This document shows positions 24,572-39,277 of a DNA stretch of 64,000 nt, piece by piece (the first letter of the stretch is position 1; each line of letters opens with the position of its first letter). The stretch is from Phoronis australis. Lineage: Eukaryota; Animalia; Phoronida. Position numbers and translations under genes: made by a program. The stretch lies in assembly GCA_002633005.1 (NCBI GenBank), contig NMRA01000228.1, positions 53,881 to 117,880 on the forward strand. Reading direction: 5' to 3'. The notes beneath the pieces were generated by a model. It searched no databases. It saw only the letters and a program-made list of their open reading frames with translations, and was not told the origin of the DNA.

Positions 24572-26779
24572 TAAGTTGTGATAGCTTGTCACAGCAAGAT
24601 CATGATTGTCGCAGTCATTAACAGCTTAGACGATTAAAGCGAGACCGAGCTGCACCTTAGGGAAATGTGACGATTCTGTAAAGCGCTTTATTCTAACGTG
24701 GCTGATTACAAAGATGTTGCATATAATGGAATTATACTCATGCTTACTTTCTAGTATAACATTAAGTAACTGAAAAGTAATTAAAAAGCACCATTTCTCA
24801 CTGTAACAGTCACATTTCTTTGGTGTTTTTTGGTCATGACCGGCTAAACCTAGATCCACCACCACAGTAGTGTTGGCATCACAACTGTCACATGCCAGAT
24901 GTCTGCGGCACTAAAAATTTGCCGACTTCACAACTGAAATGGCAAGCTGAGATTTTACCCAACTCGTCAATTGCGAGTGGGCGTTTTCTTACGTCGGACA
25001 CTGTATGAACTGTTGTAGCTAATGCTAATATTCTCAAATCGCAAAAAACATATACTTTATTTCTGTAGGTACCCAGCCAATAATCTATCAAACTTTTGAT
25101 TTTTAGAGGTATCCACATTCTGATTACTCCTTGTGTTATTCCTTGGAAAACCAATTGACCACACAAACTAGTGAACAAACATCAAGACATCGTTTGACTG
25201 GCTGAAATGATTTTTCAGAGAGTTTTTTGAAAGGAAATTCACACTTAAACATAATCACTTAAAACTTCACAGTGGTGTCTCCATAAGCAGTGTGAGGAAG
25301 GAAAATTGTCTATATGGTACTTGTAGACTCAGGGAACAAGGAAGTCTTTCGGTTGTTAGTCTAGGAATGTTGTGTTGGGGTTTACACTCTAGTGCTAACA
25401 TTTATAATTATATTCTATATTGTTAAAGCAGTAAACTCACCGCACAATATTTGTAGTTTGAAGACTAGCTTACCCTACCCTACATTTAAGTTAGGTTTCA
25501 TTTTCTATTCTCAGATAGTGATTCTGATAATCTCTCGGCTGGTTATCAGACATTATTTGCATGTGGTGTGGCCACCTTCAACTAGATAAGGTTAGCTCTC
25601 ATTCCAGTACCATGCTGAATGTGAACAGAATTACAGTAGACATGTCTGGCTGGCAATGACAGTAATGAATGACATTAACTGGTGGCCTATTGATTGCAGC
25701 TTTGAATTAATATTTCTTTGCATCAGTTTCATGTACAATTCACCTATCAGTAGTTGGAATATCGTCCAATGAAATTTTGCTCTTGGTGTCACCGTTTTGT
25801 TAAGAGTAGACTTTGTCTGATTTTTTCTACTTTGTTTAATCATGATGTATATAAACTCTCTCACAATGCAATGGTGGCTGTATATTTAAACATGGCACAA
25901 GCATCATTACGTGACCAGGCTGTTGAATTTGTGTTGAGCAAATGTAATGTACAATACGTTCCAAAATTAAGGAAGTGAGAGCCAAGCTCACTTCTATGTC
26001 ATGTCTGATAGGTATAAACGCAATTCACCATAAAAGTAGCTAGAATGACCGGTTGTAACAGCAGTCAGGGTTCTTTATCGCCTGTTTTAGTAGGTAGTTG
26101 TGGGCTATTTTTCCTTTGATCTGTTTAGATAGCACGCTATACAGTTGATTTTATCATTTTGGACAAAAAATATCATTTTGGGTCTTCACTTTGATATGCA
26201 TGCGCGCTGCCCGCAGTTAACATTTTCAAAGTGGTTGTAAACGCAACCTGCATTTTTTAGTGTGGAGGAACACAACTTGTTTAGCGAGTTAGGGCTATCT
26301 TGCGTTGAGTTTGAAAACTGATGCAACGAGTTTGAAATATTGGGAATAAGATATTTTGAACTTATGGTGCCAGTTCAATGTAAATTTCCAAGACTTAACA
26401 CACAAATTCCCCATGATACAGACACAGACTTAGGAACATAAATTTTGTAATTTGTGGAGTTTGAATTTTATATTGTGGTGAACATTGAGCAACTCAGAGT
26501 GGACTGTCAAACACACATCAGCTCCTTCTGTCTGACTGCTTCAGTTGCCTGGTAGTGATGTCACAGGATGAGCCAAGAAGATCTATTTATAGAATACATT
26601 CTTTATTGTCTCTGATGCTGGTCTAAAGCATGTTTGTTTCACTTATTTCCTTTACAGTAAAGTATCCTCAAATTCGAAACAAATTGTGAGTTTTCTATTT
26701 TTCAAAAGCTCACCGTTACTGTATTGTTAAAAGGATACTAAAGACTGTTTTGACGATTTCAACATATCCTCATTCAGTC

Positions 26780-27100
26780 ACGTCAATCTTGAAAGGTAAT
26801 AGCAGGAATCACATAAAAATTAGTATTCCCTATGTCGCAGGTTGGATGTCATGGTTCTTGGTGGGTCTTCTTTCCCCACAGCCCCGAAATTCACCAAAAG
26901 TTTAGGTCATGCTTTCCCATTTAGCAGAATTCGAAAGCAGTTTTCAAATTTTCCTCCAAACTTTCAAGGGTTGTCGAGGATCACAAAGCATTGCTTTGTT
27001 TCAGGGCATTGGATGCGAATGTCGTTTTTAATATCTGTTAATAGGCTAAAACCTGGTTTGGTATCCTTTTCAAGAGCACACATTCCATTGTGTGTTCGTT
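26780..27100 (+). repeat. Dispersed repeat family; other copies at ~30725-31520 (interrupted) and ~56610-56900
   Basis: Shared cgtcaa..tgaaaggtaa.agcaggaat, taggtca, tcaaattttcct.caaactt, ggttgtcgagg blocks. Confidence 0.7.
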
Positions 27101-27959
27101 AATGATAGCTGCCCAGGCATAAATTGCGCAAATGATGAAGGAAGATTTTCTTCCTATATGTTACTGTTGATCATTTTGATAAATTGTGTTTGACACTTCT
27201 TCTATATTTTGGTTTAAATTGAAGAAACTTTAACTGCAGTTGTGTAACCATAGTAATGCACTTAGAAGTGGTTTTCTCCCCACGTTATTAACTTGTTGAC
27301 TTCATTCCTAGAAAGGAGTCACATTCTCAATGACCTCATACATTAATAGTTCACAGAGTTATCATGTACTAATGCTCTCGTTGTGAGCCTCAATTTTTAT
27401 ATGTGGCCCTGTATTGCTGTCATCTTTGTCTGGCTTCCATCTGTGATGTCTAAGGCTTTATTTCATGAATCGTTCACAAGAACGTCATGAACTTTGGAAA
27501 GCGTATTTCTATGAAAGTGACAACAGATGGCGACAACTTTCTACGGATCTGGCTGCCTAGTGGCACTTTTATATTTTTTTCCGTTTACCTCTGCAGCTTT
27601 GGAGCTCCTTGATGGAGGCTTTATTGGTTTGCTAGTACTGCTCCCTCTAGTGAGAATACTTAAATAATCATATTGTTCCCTTGTGTCTGTCCTGAAGTGA
27701 TGCACATGGTGGGCACATATCAATGTTCTGCAGTGCTCTTGTTAAAATAACGTCTGGTTTGATATGTATCATCGCAATCTTCTCTTTCAAGTTGTTGATG
27801 ATACTTCAAAAGCTTTGAAGAACAATACGTGGTGGTGGTGATACTTTATTCGCGTGCCATTAATCCCATTGAAGCAGCTCTCTCCATTTTTAACCTATTC
27901 CTCAATGAAGTGCCCTTAAACATTAATGGGGGTGAGCACTTTTCTGAAAGTTATGGTGA

Positions 27960-28076
<117 letters not shown>

Positions 28077-28810
28077 TAAGTGTTTACTTGCATGAGGTGA
28101 ATTTATGTTTATTTACTTTTAGTCCTTTAGCTCTATGTTGTGTCCTTACTCTTGCAGTTACTGTGTTTATAATGAGGTGTAAGACACATTTTACTAACCT
28201 CGCTGCTCGTTTTCTTCCAGTGTGTCTCTGGCATATGCTTACTGTGCTATGTAGCCTATTTTCTTCCCATGGGAATGTTTGTGTCTGTCTGACCTTGTCA
28301 TTATGTTGCAGGTTCAAAGTAATTGTTTATATTGCCCAAGTTGCTTCATTGCTTCAAAAGTTCTACTGCGGTTGTTGTCATATTTGAGTGTTTTTTGGAG
28401 CTCTTCCTAATATCTATTGGTTAAAACACGGCAAATGAACTTTTTTCCTGGTCACACATTTTAAAGTTCATTGGGAACCTTGACCACGTGATTTTATTGG
28501 TCACATTTGAACTATGTTGGTTTATCAAAATCTTGACGTGAAAAGACAAAAATAGTTGCATGTTATTACATAGCATGCCAGTTTATACACATGACCTTTG
28601 AAGGTTTATGTTAAGTATGTGATGGACAGTTCATTATATCTGAAAGTTGTGCGAAAAACTTGGATATTTCTGTTGGATTTGGATAGGTCAGTAGATCCTC
28701 AAGTTCAGGTTGTAAACTCGTAAAAGTTTTCTTTTTCTGAATCCTCAGTGTCTAAAATATCCATGCTTTTCCATATCTTTTTAGAAGTGTGTCCCTTGAT
28801 TTACTCTCAA

Positions 28811-29314
28811 GGGCCTTTCATACTAACGTCGACGCGTCGATGGTTTGGGGAGTTGCGGTCAGTATGAACGCTTAACTCCGGTCCTGGATCGCAGTTAAGA
28901 GCTCCAGTTAACATCGCAGTTAATAGGTGGATTAAGACTGCAGCGTCGACGCTGCGGTGCAGTATGAACGCTTAACTCCGGTCCAATCGAAGTTATCGCC
29001 AGGTGCCACTGTTATCATCAACAGTTACAAAGTAGTGCCGTCACTAATAACTACTTATTTTTGGGTTTAATGATAACCAATCGATTTAAAAATGAGTTTT
29101 ATGTCATTTAGCACATTTAAATGTTTCAAATTGTCACATTGAAATAAATCTTAGCGTGCAGCGCTACCTTGCGATAACTTCGATGACGTCAGGGTCACCA
29201 ACCCTTTACTTCGATGGTCATTAACTACCGAAGCCAGTATGAACGGTCCAGTTAACTGCGCTGTTTACGTCGACGCTCCGCTCAGACCGGAGTTAAGTCA
29301 ATATGAAAGGGCCT
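28811..29314. mobile_element. PIF/Harbinger-like MITE
   Basis: TIR GG(G/C)CCTTTCATA(C/T)T, TTA on the right flank, internal CAGTATGAACG repeats; deleted sibling at 59686-59958. Confidence 0.75.
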
Positions 29315-29714
29315 TTAGACAACAGAGATGTTGTCCATCAGCTTCCTGGCGCTTAGCTATTGACAGCTAATGATGATAAATAGTAAATCATAGACATGCT
29401 TGGGTCTATCAGTGACCATGAAATGAATGTGAAAAATTCGCGTGTATCAATTCATGCATTGAGGGGAAATTAAGGTTCAAAACGACCCAAGGCTTTTAAT
29501 CAAAAGATCTGAAAATGGATGATACAGTTTTGACACACTGTTGTAGTCATTGTAAGTCATTCTAATCAATTCTTATGTTTGGCATGTAATAATTAATGCG
29601 CTTAAAGAAAAGTCCAGGGTACTAAGATGAAAAATATTATGTAATGATCGAAATTTGTTCTCAAAACCTAAGTGGGTGTGAATTTACAACAATGCATCTC
29701 TCTTTCCTGTCTGA

Positions 29715-29882
<168 letters not shown>

Positions 29883-30415
29883 TAAGACGGTTGATTGTCC
29901 TACGTTTTAGCCAATTAAAAGGTCCAGCGGGTCTTTAGCTGGAGTCGTAATAAAGTATAGGAAATCTGATGAGATTCAGTAGCACTTTATACTATTTACC
30001 GCCTTAGGAGAAGGAGAGAAGCTCGTAATCTGCACTGGTGCCTAAATGAAAGTTTATTGCTGTAATTTTTTGCCTATTTAGCACACAATATGGCGAACAA
30101 GTGAATCTCTTATTTCATCAAATTTCAATAAAAAAACTGTTAAGCAAATTTTGTTCCACTGTAAACTTGGTTTGTAGTGTGCAGGTGGCTGAAAACACTG
30201 TTTGTTAAGGTTATTTCAATCAAGGTAATTGGCCTTTGAAAAATGTAAAAGTAACATTTTCGGGAACTATGTTTGTGCAGAATAAGTAAAAAATTAGAGT
30301 GGAGCCTCTGATAATGATGTTACTGTTTGATATATTAAAGGTTTTCATTTGTCACCTTGTTTAATTGTGTTCTGGTGTTTGGTTTTTGTTGTTCATTGTA
30401 CTCACTTTGTTGCAG

Positions 30416-30608
30416 ATATGGTAGTACAGTTCAGCATTTTAAGATAATGAATGATCTGGCCGGTAAATATTTTGTTTGGGTGGTCAAGCATACGTCTATC
30501 AATGAGCTTGTGAAATATCATCGTGAGAACTCAGTGAGTCGTGACCGTAAAATACTCCTGAAAGACATGGTCGCCTCAACTCCAGCACAACCAATACATC
30601 CAGTACTG
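30416..30608 (+). CDS. GRB2: GRB2 exon 4 (SH2 C-half plus linker)
   Basis: VQHFK..D.AGKYFxWVVK..SxNELVxYHR..SVSR; donor CTG|gtaggt is the best phase-0 site, but the 3' boundary is slightly uncertain. Confidence 0.92.
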
Positions 30609-31001
30609 GTAGGTTTGTTTCAGCCTGTGTGCACTGCAGGTTGTGTATGTGCCACTTTAAGGATACTAAACCCTATTTTCATGATTTCAACCAATCCATG
30701 TTGTGTCACCTGCTAATGCATGAGTGGCGTCATTCCTGAATTATAAAGTAGGAATTACTGGAAAATTCATACTCCCTTTGTCATAGATTGGTTGCTGGTT
30801 GGTCTTTTCTCACAGTTGCCGTGTAATTCGCTAAGAACGTAGGTCACACTTGCCCATATAGCAGACTTTGAATGGAGTTTTCAAATTTCCTGTAAACTTT
30901 TGAGAGTTGTAGAGGGTTACAAAGCATTATTTTGTTTCAGACAACTGGATGGGAAAATCGTTTTTAATGTCTGTTAATAAGCCAATACTGGGTTTGGTAT
31001 C

Positions 31002-31508
31002 CAGGGCTTGGAATTTTCCGCGGAAACGCGGATTTCCGCTTTTTTTAAATGTGCTTTCCGCTTTTTTTATAATATTTCCGCGTAAAAAAATCGGATTTGA
31101 TATAAAATTTCCGCGGCAAATTCCTTTCTTACCGCGGCGTTGCAGACGACGTTCACCTCGAAAAGCGGAAGTTGCTCTTTATGTTCAGAGGAACGTAAAT
31201 TGTCAACATTGCCGGGTCATCTGGGATAGCGTGGTGTGATTTTCAATGGCGTCTCGTGTTATTGTTAAGCGCGGCGACAAATACTACTGCTCTGCAGCCA
31301 AAAATGTGTGGGTTGGGAGTAGACGGGCGAGCTAAAACGACGCAGACGCATGCTAGTGATGGTGGTAACGTTTTTTTTTTTAGTCCTCCCGATTTTTGTC
31401 GGGGAAAGGTTCACATTGACCAGTTCTAGGCTGGTTACCGGGCGATGATTTGGGCAGTAAAAGTTTCAAAGTTTCCGCGTCTTTTGTCATTGGTCATTCC
31501 AAGCCCTG
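31002..31508. mobile_element. hAT-like MITE with a 6-bp TSD (GGTATC)
   Basis: TIR CAGGGCTTGGAA; empty site tttGGTATCctttt present in the paralogous repeat at ~27057-27070. Confidence 0.85.
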
Positions 31509-32705
31509 GGTATCCTTTTAAGTTTAATAGTAGTTAGTTTCATAAATAAAAGTGAGACTGCAAGTTTTCAGTGTCCCAAAAGCAATGAATTGATACTAAA
31601 TGGAACAACTTTAGGATGATTTATCATGCCAAAAATTCAGAAGGCGTTAAAGTCGTCTTATTTCAGATATTGTGATTCTTTCTTTTGACAAACACAAAAT
31701 CAAAACAAGACTCCTCCTCACATGCGCGCCTACATTGTGGACGCACATTGTTAAATGATATATAGGTATACTCTCATCAGTGGTCATTTAGTCAGAATAT
31801 TTGAACGTGAAATTGGCGAAATGAGCAAGTCGGACTTCCGTCAACACTTATGGAAATAACCATGTGTTGGTTACAACGGAGATCTATGTTCATCGTGAAG
31901 CACAAGCCATAGAAAATTTCAGAAGTTGTTTATGGAAAAATTGAGTTTAATTCTTTCTCTAACCACACAACCTGCTTCAAACACGGGTGATCGGGCACTT
32001 ATTTATTTTATCCACCGACAGCTAGTGTCGTGAGGTGGCGCTAGCATCTGACTTTACCATGTGGTACTTGTAAATTTGTATAATATGCAAAGACTATAAG
32101 TATCCTTTGCTTGAATAGTTCCAGAAAATAATTCATCAGACACTGAATTTACTGCGGTCAGCCTTGAAACTTTTTACTCATTTCCTGTTGTCATTTGCAA
32201 TTTTACAGTGTATGTTTATGATTGGTATTGTGTATTTTTTGTCAAATTTCACTCTCATCTTAGTATTTTCTATTGCTTGCAGAATAAAACTCTTCATTTT
32301 GTTTGATACTACATGATTTAAAGACTTAACACTGAAAATTTTATGCAGATTTACGGTACTGTTATTTTTTAATGTCTCGTTTTTGGACAATTTTTTTCTG
32401 AAATCGTGTTGAGCAGTAGACAAAATTTCTGAGTTTAGTCAAGTTCCTGTTGATTAGCATGACAAGGTTGTAAAACTGTCAAGTGCCCTACATCTGCATA
32501 GCACTGCAGGTAAAACATGGCAGAATCAGAGAGGGCACTGTGGTATTTCGGGATGTGCAGACACTTCCTTTGTTTCAGTGACATCACATTGCAAGAAACA
32601 ATCAAAATTTTAATAAGTACAGTAGTTCTGGCTTATTTTTGCCAAGTTGGTTACTTGAATGCTGTCCTTTTGTTCTTGAATGTAGAAATAACCTCAAAAC
32701 TAGTT

Positions 32706-34118
32706 AGGACTGATCCAGCAAAATCCATATGGAAAGGGGGGACGGCAGTTGAAATAAAAATTTATGGGTGGTGGTCCTCAGAATAAAACTCAAATTATGG
32801 GTGGTCGGTCTTGTAAGAAGTAAAGCATTAAAACTGGGTGGTATTTTTTGACCTGTAAATGTTGACAGATTGATATTTTTAGCTTAACACATATATCAAA
32901 AGAAATCAAAATTCACCAAAAATTGACTTGGAAGATACCCAAACATATTCCAAAACATAAAAACAGCTCATGTTTCTAGTGTACTGAGTGCAATATGTAC
33001 ACTATGCCATCACTCAAGTCATGGGCAACCTGATAACAGGCACACGTTGTACTGCTGTCATATTAGAATGAAAATTACTGCAACACTAAACTGGTGTTAA
33101 CACGTCTAAGAAAATTGATGATTTTTAAGTAAAAAGTATGCGGAGTCAGAAAGACAAGTTCCAATATTCACTTGACATAGCAGTCTAAAAGCATTCATAG
33201 AGACAGTTTGAGATTTATAGATCCATGAAATTGAAAAAAGCTTATTGAAATTACAGAGACACATAGTGGACAGAGACACATGGTGGCTGCCAAAAGTATT
33301 GCTCACAGGTGTCTTTGAAAAGCAAGTTTCTGGTAACTGATATGAGTTGTGATCTCACATGGAATTTTTCTGCACCCACAAAAACTTTGTAGTCGGTCCA
33401 TCTGTCATCATTTCTTGCTCATCAATTATCTCAAGAACCGCCTGGCGGATCATGATGAAATTTGGTATAGAGGTACTTGGCGGGGATGCGCCAGTACCAG
33501 TCGATTTTCAGGCAGATTTGGCAATTGACTTGGTACCCCCATGTTGGCCGCTTTAGTTTTCGACAAGCCACTCCTTGTGTGTTGATTATCTCAAAAACTG
33601 CTTGACGTATTACGATNAGATTTGGCAATTGACTTGGTACCCCATGTTGGCCGCTTTAGTTTTCGACAAGCCACTCCTTGTGTGTTGATTATCTCAAAAA
33701 CTGCTTGACGTATTACGATGAAATTCGAAACGAAAGTACCCTTTTTGGCAAGAATGTGCCGGCACCAGTCAATTTTTGGATGGATTCAACACTGTGGCAC
33801 CCTGTTTGTTTTCGACTGCTCAAGTCATTGTTTGTCGACTATCTTGAAACCGCTTAACGGATCATGATGACATTTGGCATAGAGATAGACGGCTGGCATG
33901 CACCAGCACCAATCGATTTTTGGACAGATTTGTCTATCGTAGCACCCCCTGTTGGTCATTTTAGTTTTTGACAAGACTGGTTGATTATCTCAAAAACTGC
34001 ATTTTTTATTTCAACCTAATTAAAAATTATGGGTTGGAGAAAGAAAATAAAAATATGGGGGTGGTTAAGAAATAAAAGTGCTTTCCCCCCTCCCATACAT
34101 TTTTTACTGGAACAGCCT
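32706..34118. mobile_element. TIR element carrying a nested reverse-oriented HINE-like repeat (~33360-34000)
   Basis: Imperfect TIR ggactgatccagcaaaa / ttttactggaacagcct; AATTATGGG subterminal repeats; GAAATTTGG monomers inside. Confidence 0.5.
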
Positions 34119-34311
34119 TCACTTCTTTTTATTTCTTAACTTATTAACTGTGTGTACATTTATGTCACGCATGCGCTGTGGTATTCAAACCTGGCCCTCT
34201 TATTCTCTGTGTGCACTATGCTAAAACTAGCGCAAGCTGTTTTAGTGCAAATGTAAGAATGAATGCCGAATGTTCTGAAATTACTCGCTGTAATAATTGT
34301 GTCATTTTCAG

Positions 34312-34485
34312 ATGTACGTAAAGGCACTGTACGATTTCGAACCACAGGATAACACGGAATTGAGGTTTTGTAAAGGCCAAGTTATCGGAGTTACCGACAA
34401 TTCAGATATCAATTGGTGGACGGGGGAATTGAACGGAGAAGTTGGACAGTTTCCCAAAACATATGTGGAAGTCATGAATTCGTGA
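34312..34485 (+). CDS. GRB2: GRB2 exon 5 (C-SH3 and stop)
   Basis: YVKALYDFEPQ..ELRF.KG..I.V.DNSD.NWW.G..G.FPKTYV*; attttcag| acceptor; five exons total 690 nt = 229 aa + stop. Confidence 0.96.
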   Translation: MYVKALYDFEPQDNTELRFCKGQVIGVTDNSDINWWTGELNGEVGQFPKTYVEVMNS

Positions 34486-35477
34486 AATACTAATTAGAGA
34501 CGTTACACAAGGCAAAGCGTGCATGTGGACTTCCCCTATAGAGGGAGTCTGATTTCAGGCATCTACTAAATTAAAGCTTTGTGAATAGCTATATTGCATG
34601 GCATCTTGTTTTTTGATAACTCACACTCTTGGCAATCAACCTGTTTTAAGGTTAAGACTTTGCTTGTTCGTGATGTGGACTTCCACTAAATGTTGTGAAG
34701 TTGACACAAAACTCAATGGATGAGTTCTAGTAATGGTTTAAACAAGCCTTTTGAAATTTTGATTAGCCCTTGACCTAGTTGGTGTTACCAGGTTGACAAT
34801 TTTAAAGCATACTACGAAAAATTAATTTAGTAATGCAACTTTTTGTAGCTTGTTTTGCTCATGAAAAAGTTGCACTGTATTTTGGATTTAAGTCTTTAGC
34901 TCATGCTGTGCAGTTTTCAGTTGTCTTTACCACATTTGCATTTTTCTCCAAAGTATAAGGTCACAGTCTAACTCTATATAAGAATTATTTGTCCGTGACA
35001 ATTTCACCAATTGTTGAAAATAGGCATGGTATCTTCCAGCCACCAGTTAATCATTGCTGTGTGGTTTGGTTGCTTCTTAGTATCATTCAGAAATGACTCT
35101 TCCATTGTGCCATAGGTGATTCTTTGGACTTCAAGAAATAGACAGTGTAGCTACGTAGTTTCCATTGCTGACCCTTGTTTATAGCTTCAATAGTTACGGC
35201 ACTTCATTGGCTTGACTTCATGCCTCTTGTATTTGTGATATAAACAAACATTAGTATTTTAATACAATTTAAAAATTGTTAACACTGTGTGTAATGAATT
35301 ACCTGCGTATAACAAAACGTTTAGGCTTATCTGCTGGAGACCCCTGTTCACAAAACATTTCTCTTGCTATAACCCCCTCCTGCACTATTTTTTCATGTCT
35401 CGGTGACATATTTTTTTACTCGAGCATTATTTCTGGCTGTGATGCTTGTTCTCCGCTCACATACAAACTCATTGATT

Positions 35478-35575
35478 GAGGTGCTTATTGAGACATGAAA
35501 AGTAGTGCAAGGACAGGAAATATGCAGAGGTGCTTATTGAGACATGAAAAGTAGTGCAAGGACAGGAAATATGCA
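35478..35575. repeat. Perfect 49-bp tandem duplication downstream of the GRB2 stop codon
   Basis: gaggtgcttattgagacatgaaaagtagtgcaaggacaggaaatatgca x2. Confidence 0.95.
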
Positions 35576-37204
35576 TATGTGAGTGAGAAATAGTTTACAT
35601 GAGAGAAGAGTTATGTGCGTGGGTGGCTTGGGTCATCCCAGGGAAATTGAGGTGCCTTGTATAATTGCTCTAGGATACTTCTTAAGTCTTCAGTTAATAT
35701 GGCAGTGAAGTATTGAAATTGGAACTTTTTACCTTTGCATGGCTGACAGTGCTGCATTAAAGTCGGCATAATCAGTGCGTGGGAAAAATTGTAAAATGGC
35801 GCATTTAATCGCAAGTAAAGGCTCATTTGCTTTGTTGAGGTATGTCATCACAGTTGTGTGTTATAAATGACTGTGAGAAACTGGCCTGTAGTCTTCTTAC
35901 TGCTGTGAGGCGTTTAAGCAACGAAAGGTGTGTTGGCATCCCTGTTTTTGTCAGTGCTGGCCATTCGCCACATTTGATGATAAGAGATTGTAGCTCATTA
36001 GAAAATTAGTTAAATGATATCACGTGCATAAAGTATATTGTTTTGCTAAATAAATATGACATAAATCATGCATTTTTACTTTGCTATGGTGTGAGAAACC
36101 CCCTATTAGGAGTACTAATCCCCACCCCCTTTTGTGGGGTAGATTTTTCTACCTCACCCCCTTTTGCACGGTATTTTTGCTGGTCCACCCCTAAGTCTGA
36201 GGGATATTTTCAAAAGCTAACAGCACATATTGGAGGTGCTCACATTTTGACCTACAAACCCAAAAGAACGCACTGGAAAATTCGGAACTTGATCCATTTC
36301 GACCACATGTGGGCAGTGTCCCAATTGTTCTTTGATTCTATCTTATTTCCGTAGTTCTTATTCTCGTTGTACTTATTTGTCTGAATATCATAATGAAAAT
36401 CAATGCTGATGCCTGTTACGGTAGGAAGACGGCCAGTGCGCCTTTTGCGGGACTAATACCAATGCAGTGGGCCTTTTACGGGGACGAAATGAAAATTTAG
36501 GGGCCTATTGGACCCCTTAGCTGTTGTTCGTCGCCCCATGTTTGCGTGGGATCGCTGGGTCAGACATCATACACTGTGTGCTTCTAGGTGTATTAGGTGG
36601 GAGATTTCCAGGCGCCACAAATGACATTGACTTCATTGTTGTGATCACAGAGAAATTCAAGTGGGGAAAGTGGTATCTCTAGAACAGAGCTTTATATTTT
36701 TGTACATTAGTATTGTGATGAAACAGGTCGGAGCGGCTCTATGGCGATTTGCACGCAATGTTAGGTGGTGGTGTGCATGTTCTGTTAACGCATTCGTGGT
36801 GGGGTTATTCTCTCGGTAGTGAGAACAGCATTTATGTTCGACATATGTCCTGAGTAAATTTAGAACATCGATGAAAACCATCAGCTACTCAAGAAAATTC
36901 TTCAAAGTTCAATGTGCTGGCCAACCTTACACTTAGCGAATTCGAAAATGGCGCATGTTCGCATTGATTGCGGCTTGAGTAGCTGGCTCGTTCGACGTGA
37001 GCGTGGTAATGTCTTCAACCTCTGAGCGCTTAAGAATTTCAACACCGATAGTGCGACATTGCTGAAATGCCCATTCCCTCACGAACCGTTGCTATGTTGT
37101 GTGTAGCAAGAATACAAATCCCTAATTATCTTGGAAAAATATTTTACCTGTTAACTGCTGTAGCCCTGGCGTAGCTTAACGATCCATGGTACAATATATT
37201 TCGA

Positions 37205-38600
<1,396 letters not shown>

Positions 38601-39129
38601 TGCTATAACTGAATATATGAACTTTATTGACTCAAGGTGTGTGTGCGCGCGTGCGGTGATATGCTAAGATCTACAACAGACTAAACAGGTTAAACAACTA
38701 AAGAATTTTCACAATCAAAAAACAAATAGTATTATTAATGTCAACATTTCACTGAGATTAGTTAAACCTGCATTTCGCCTTAAGTAACTGATAAAAACGG
38801 AATTTGAGGACTTTTGATTACAAAATCGGTCTCGCAATATTCCTTGCCGTGATAGGATTCTATTCCCTCAAGTCATAGACAATGCTTATATGCGCCAATT
38901 TTGAATTCGCTATTTTGGAGTTCGCCAACCTCAATAAACGATGGTGATTCGGATGTTCTTGTAGTGACGCCGAAAGTAGCAGAACCTTGTCACGGTTAGG
39001 AATGCTGTGAAACTGATTTCATAAGAGTAAAAGGCCTAATTCGATTTTCTTTTTTAGCTAGCTAAAGAAGACGAAATGCAGCTTTGCTATATAACCCTAG
39101 ACTGAAGTGAGACGTACAGTAGGTGAAGA

Positions 39130-39277
39130 CCCGGCGTGCGTTCAGTAAACGCTAGGACCTAGCTAAAACCTAGTCAAAGTCACGTGTTCTCATTTAAAAT
39201 GCACGGCAATATCTCACGTAATCTCGCGAAGTCTTGCTTTTTAGCGAGGTCCTAGCGTTACTGAACGGGAGGCCGGG
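39130..39277. mobile_element. Short hairpin MITE; partial second copy at ~57160-57242
   Basis: Arms cccggc..cgttcagtaaacgctaggacct / aggtcctagcgttactgaacg..gccggg. Confidence 0.75.

Noticed and set aside
28300-28325. Possible 7-nt micro-exon in GRB2 intron 2 (tgcag|gttcaaa|gtaatt)
   Set aside because: Very short, frame-breaking and with modest splice signals; indistinguishable from chance
33514-33719. ~102-bp tandem duplication
   Set aside because: The copies abut a single N at 33617, indicating a scaffolding overlap artefact
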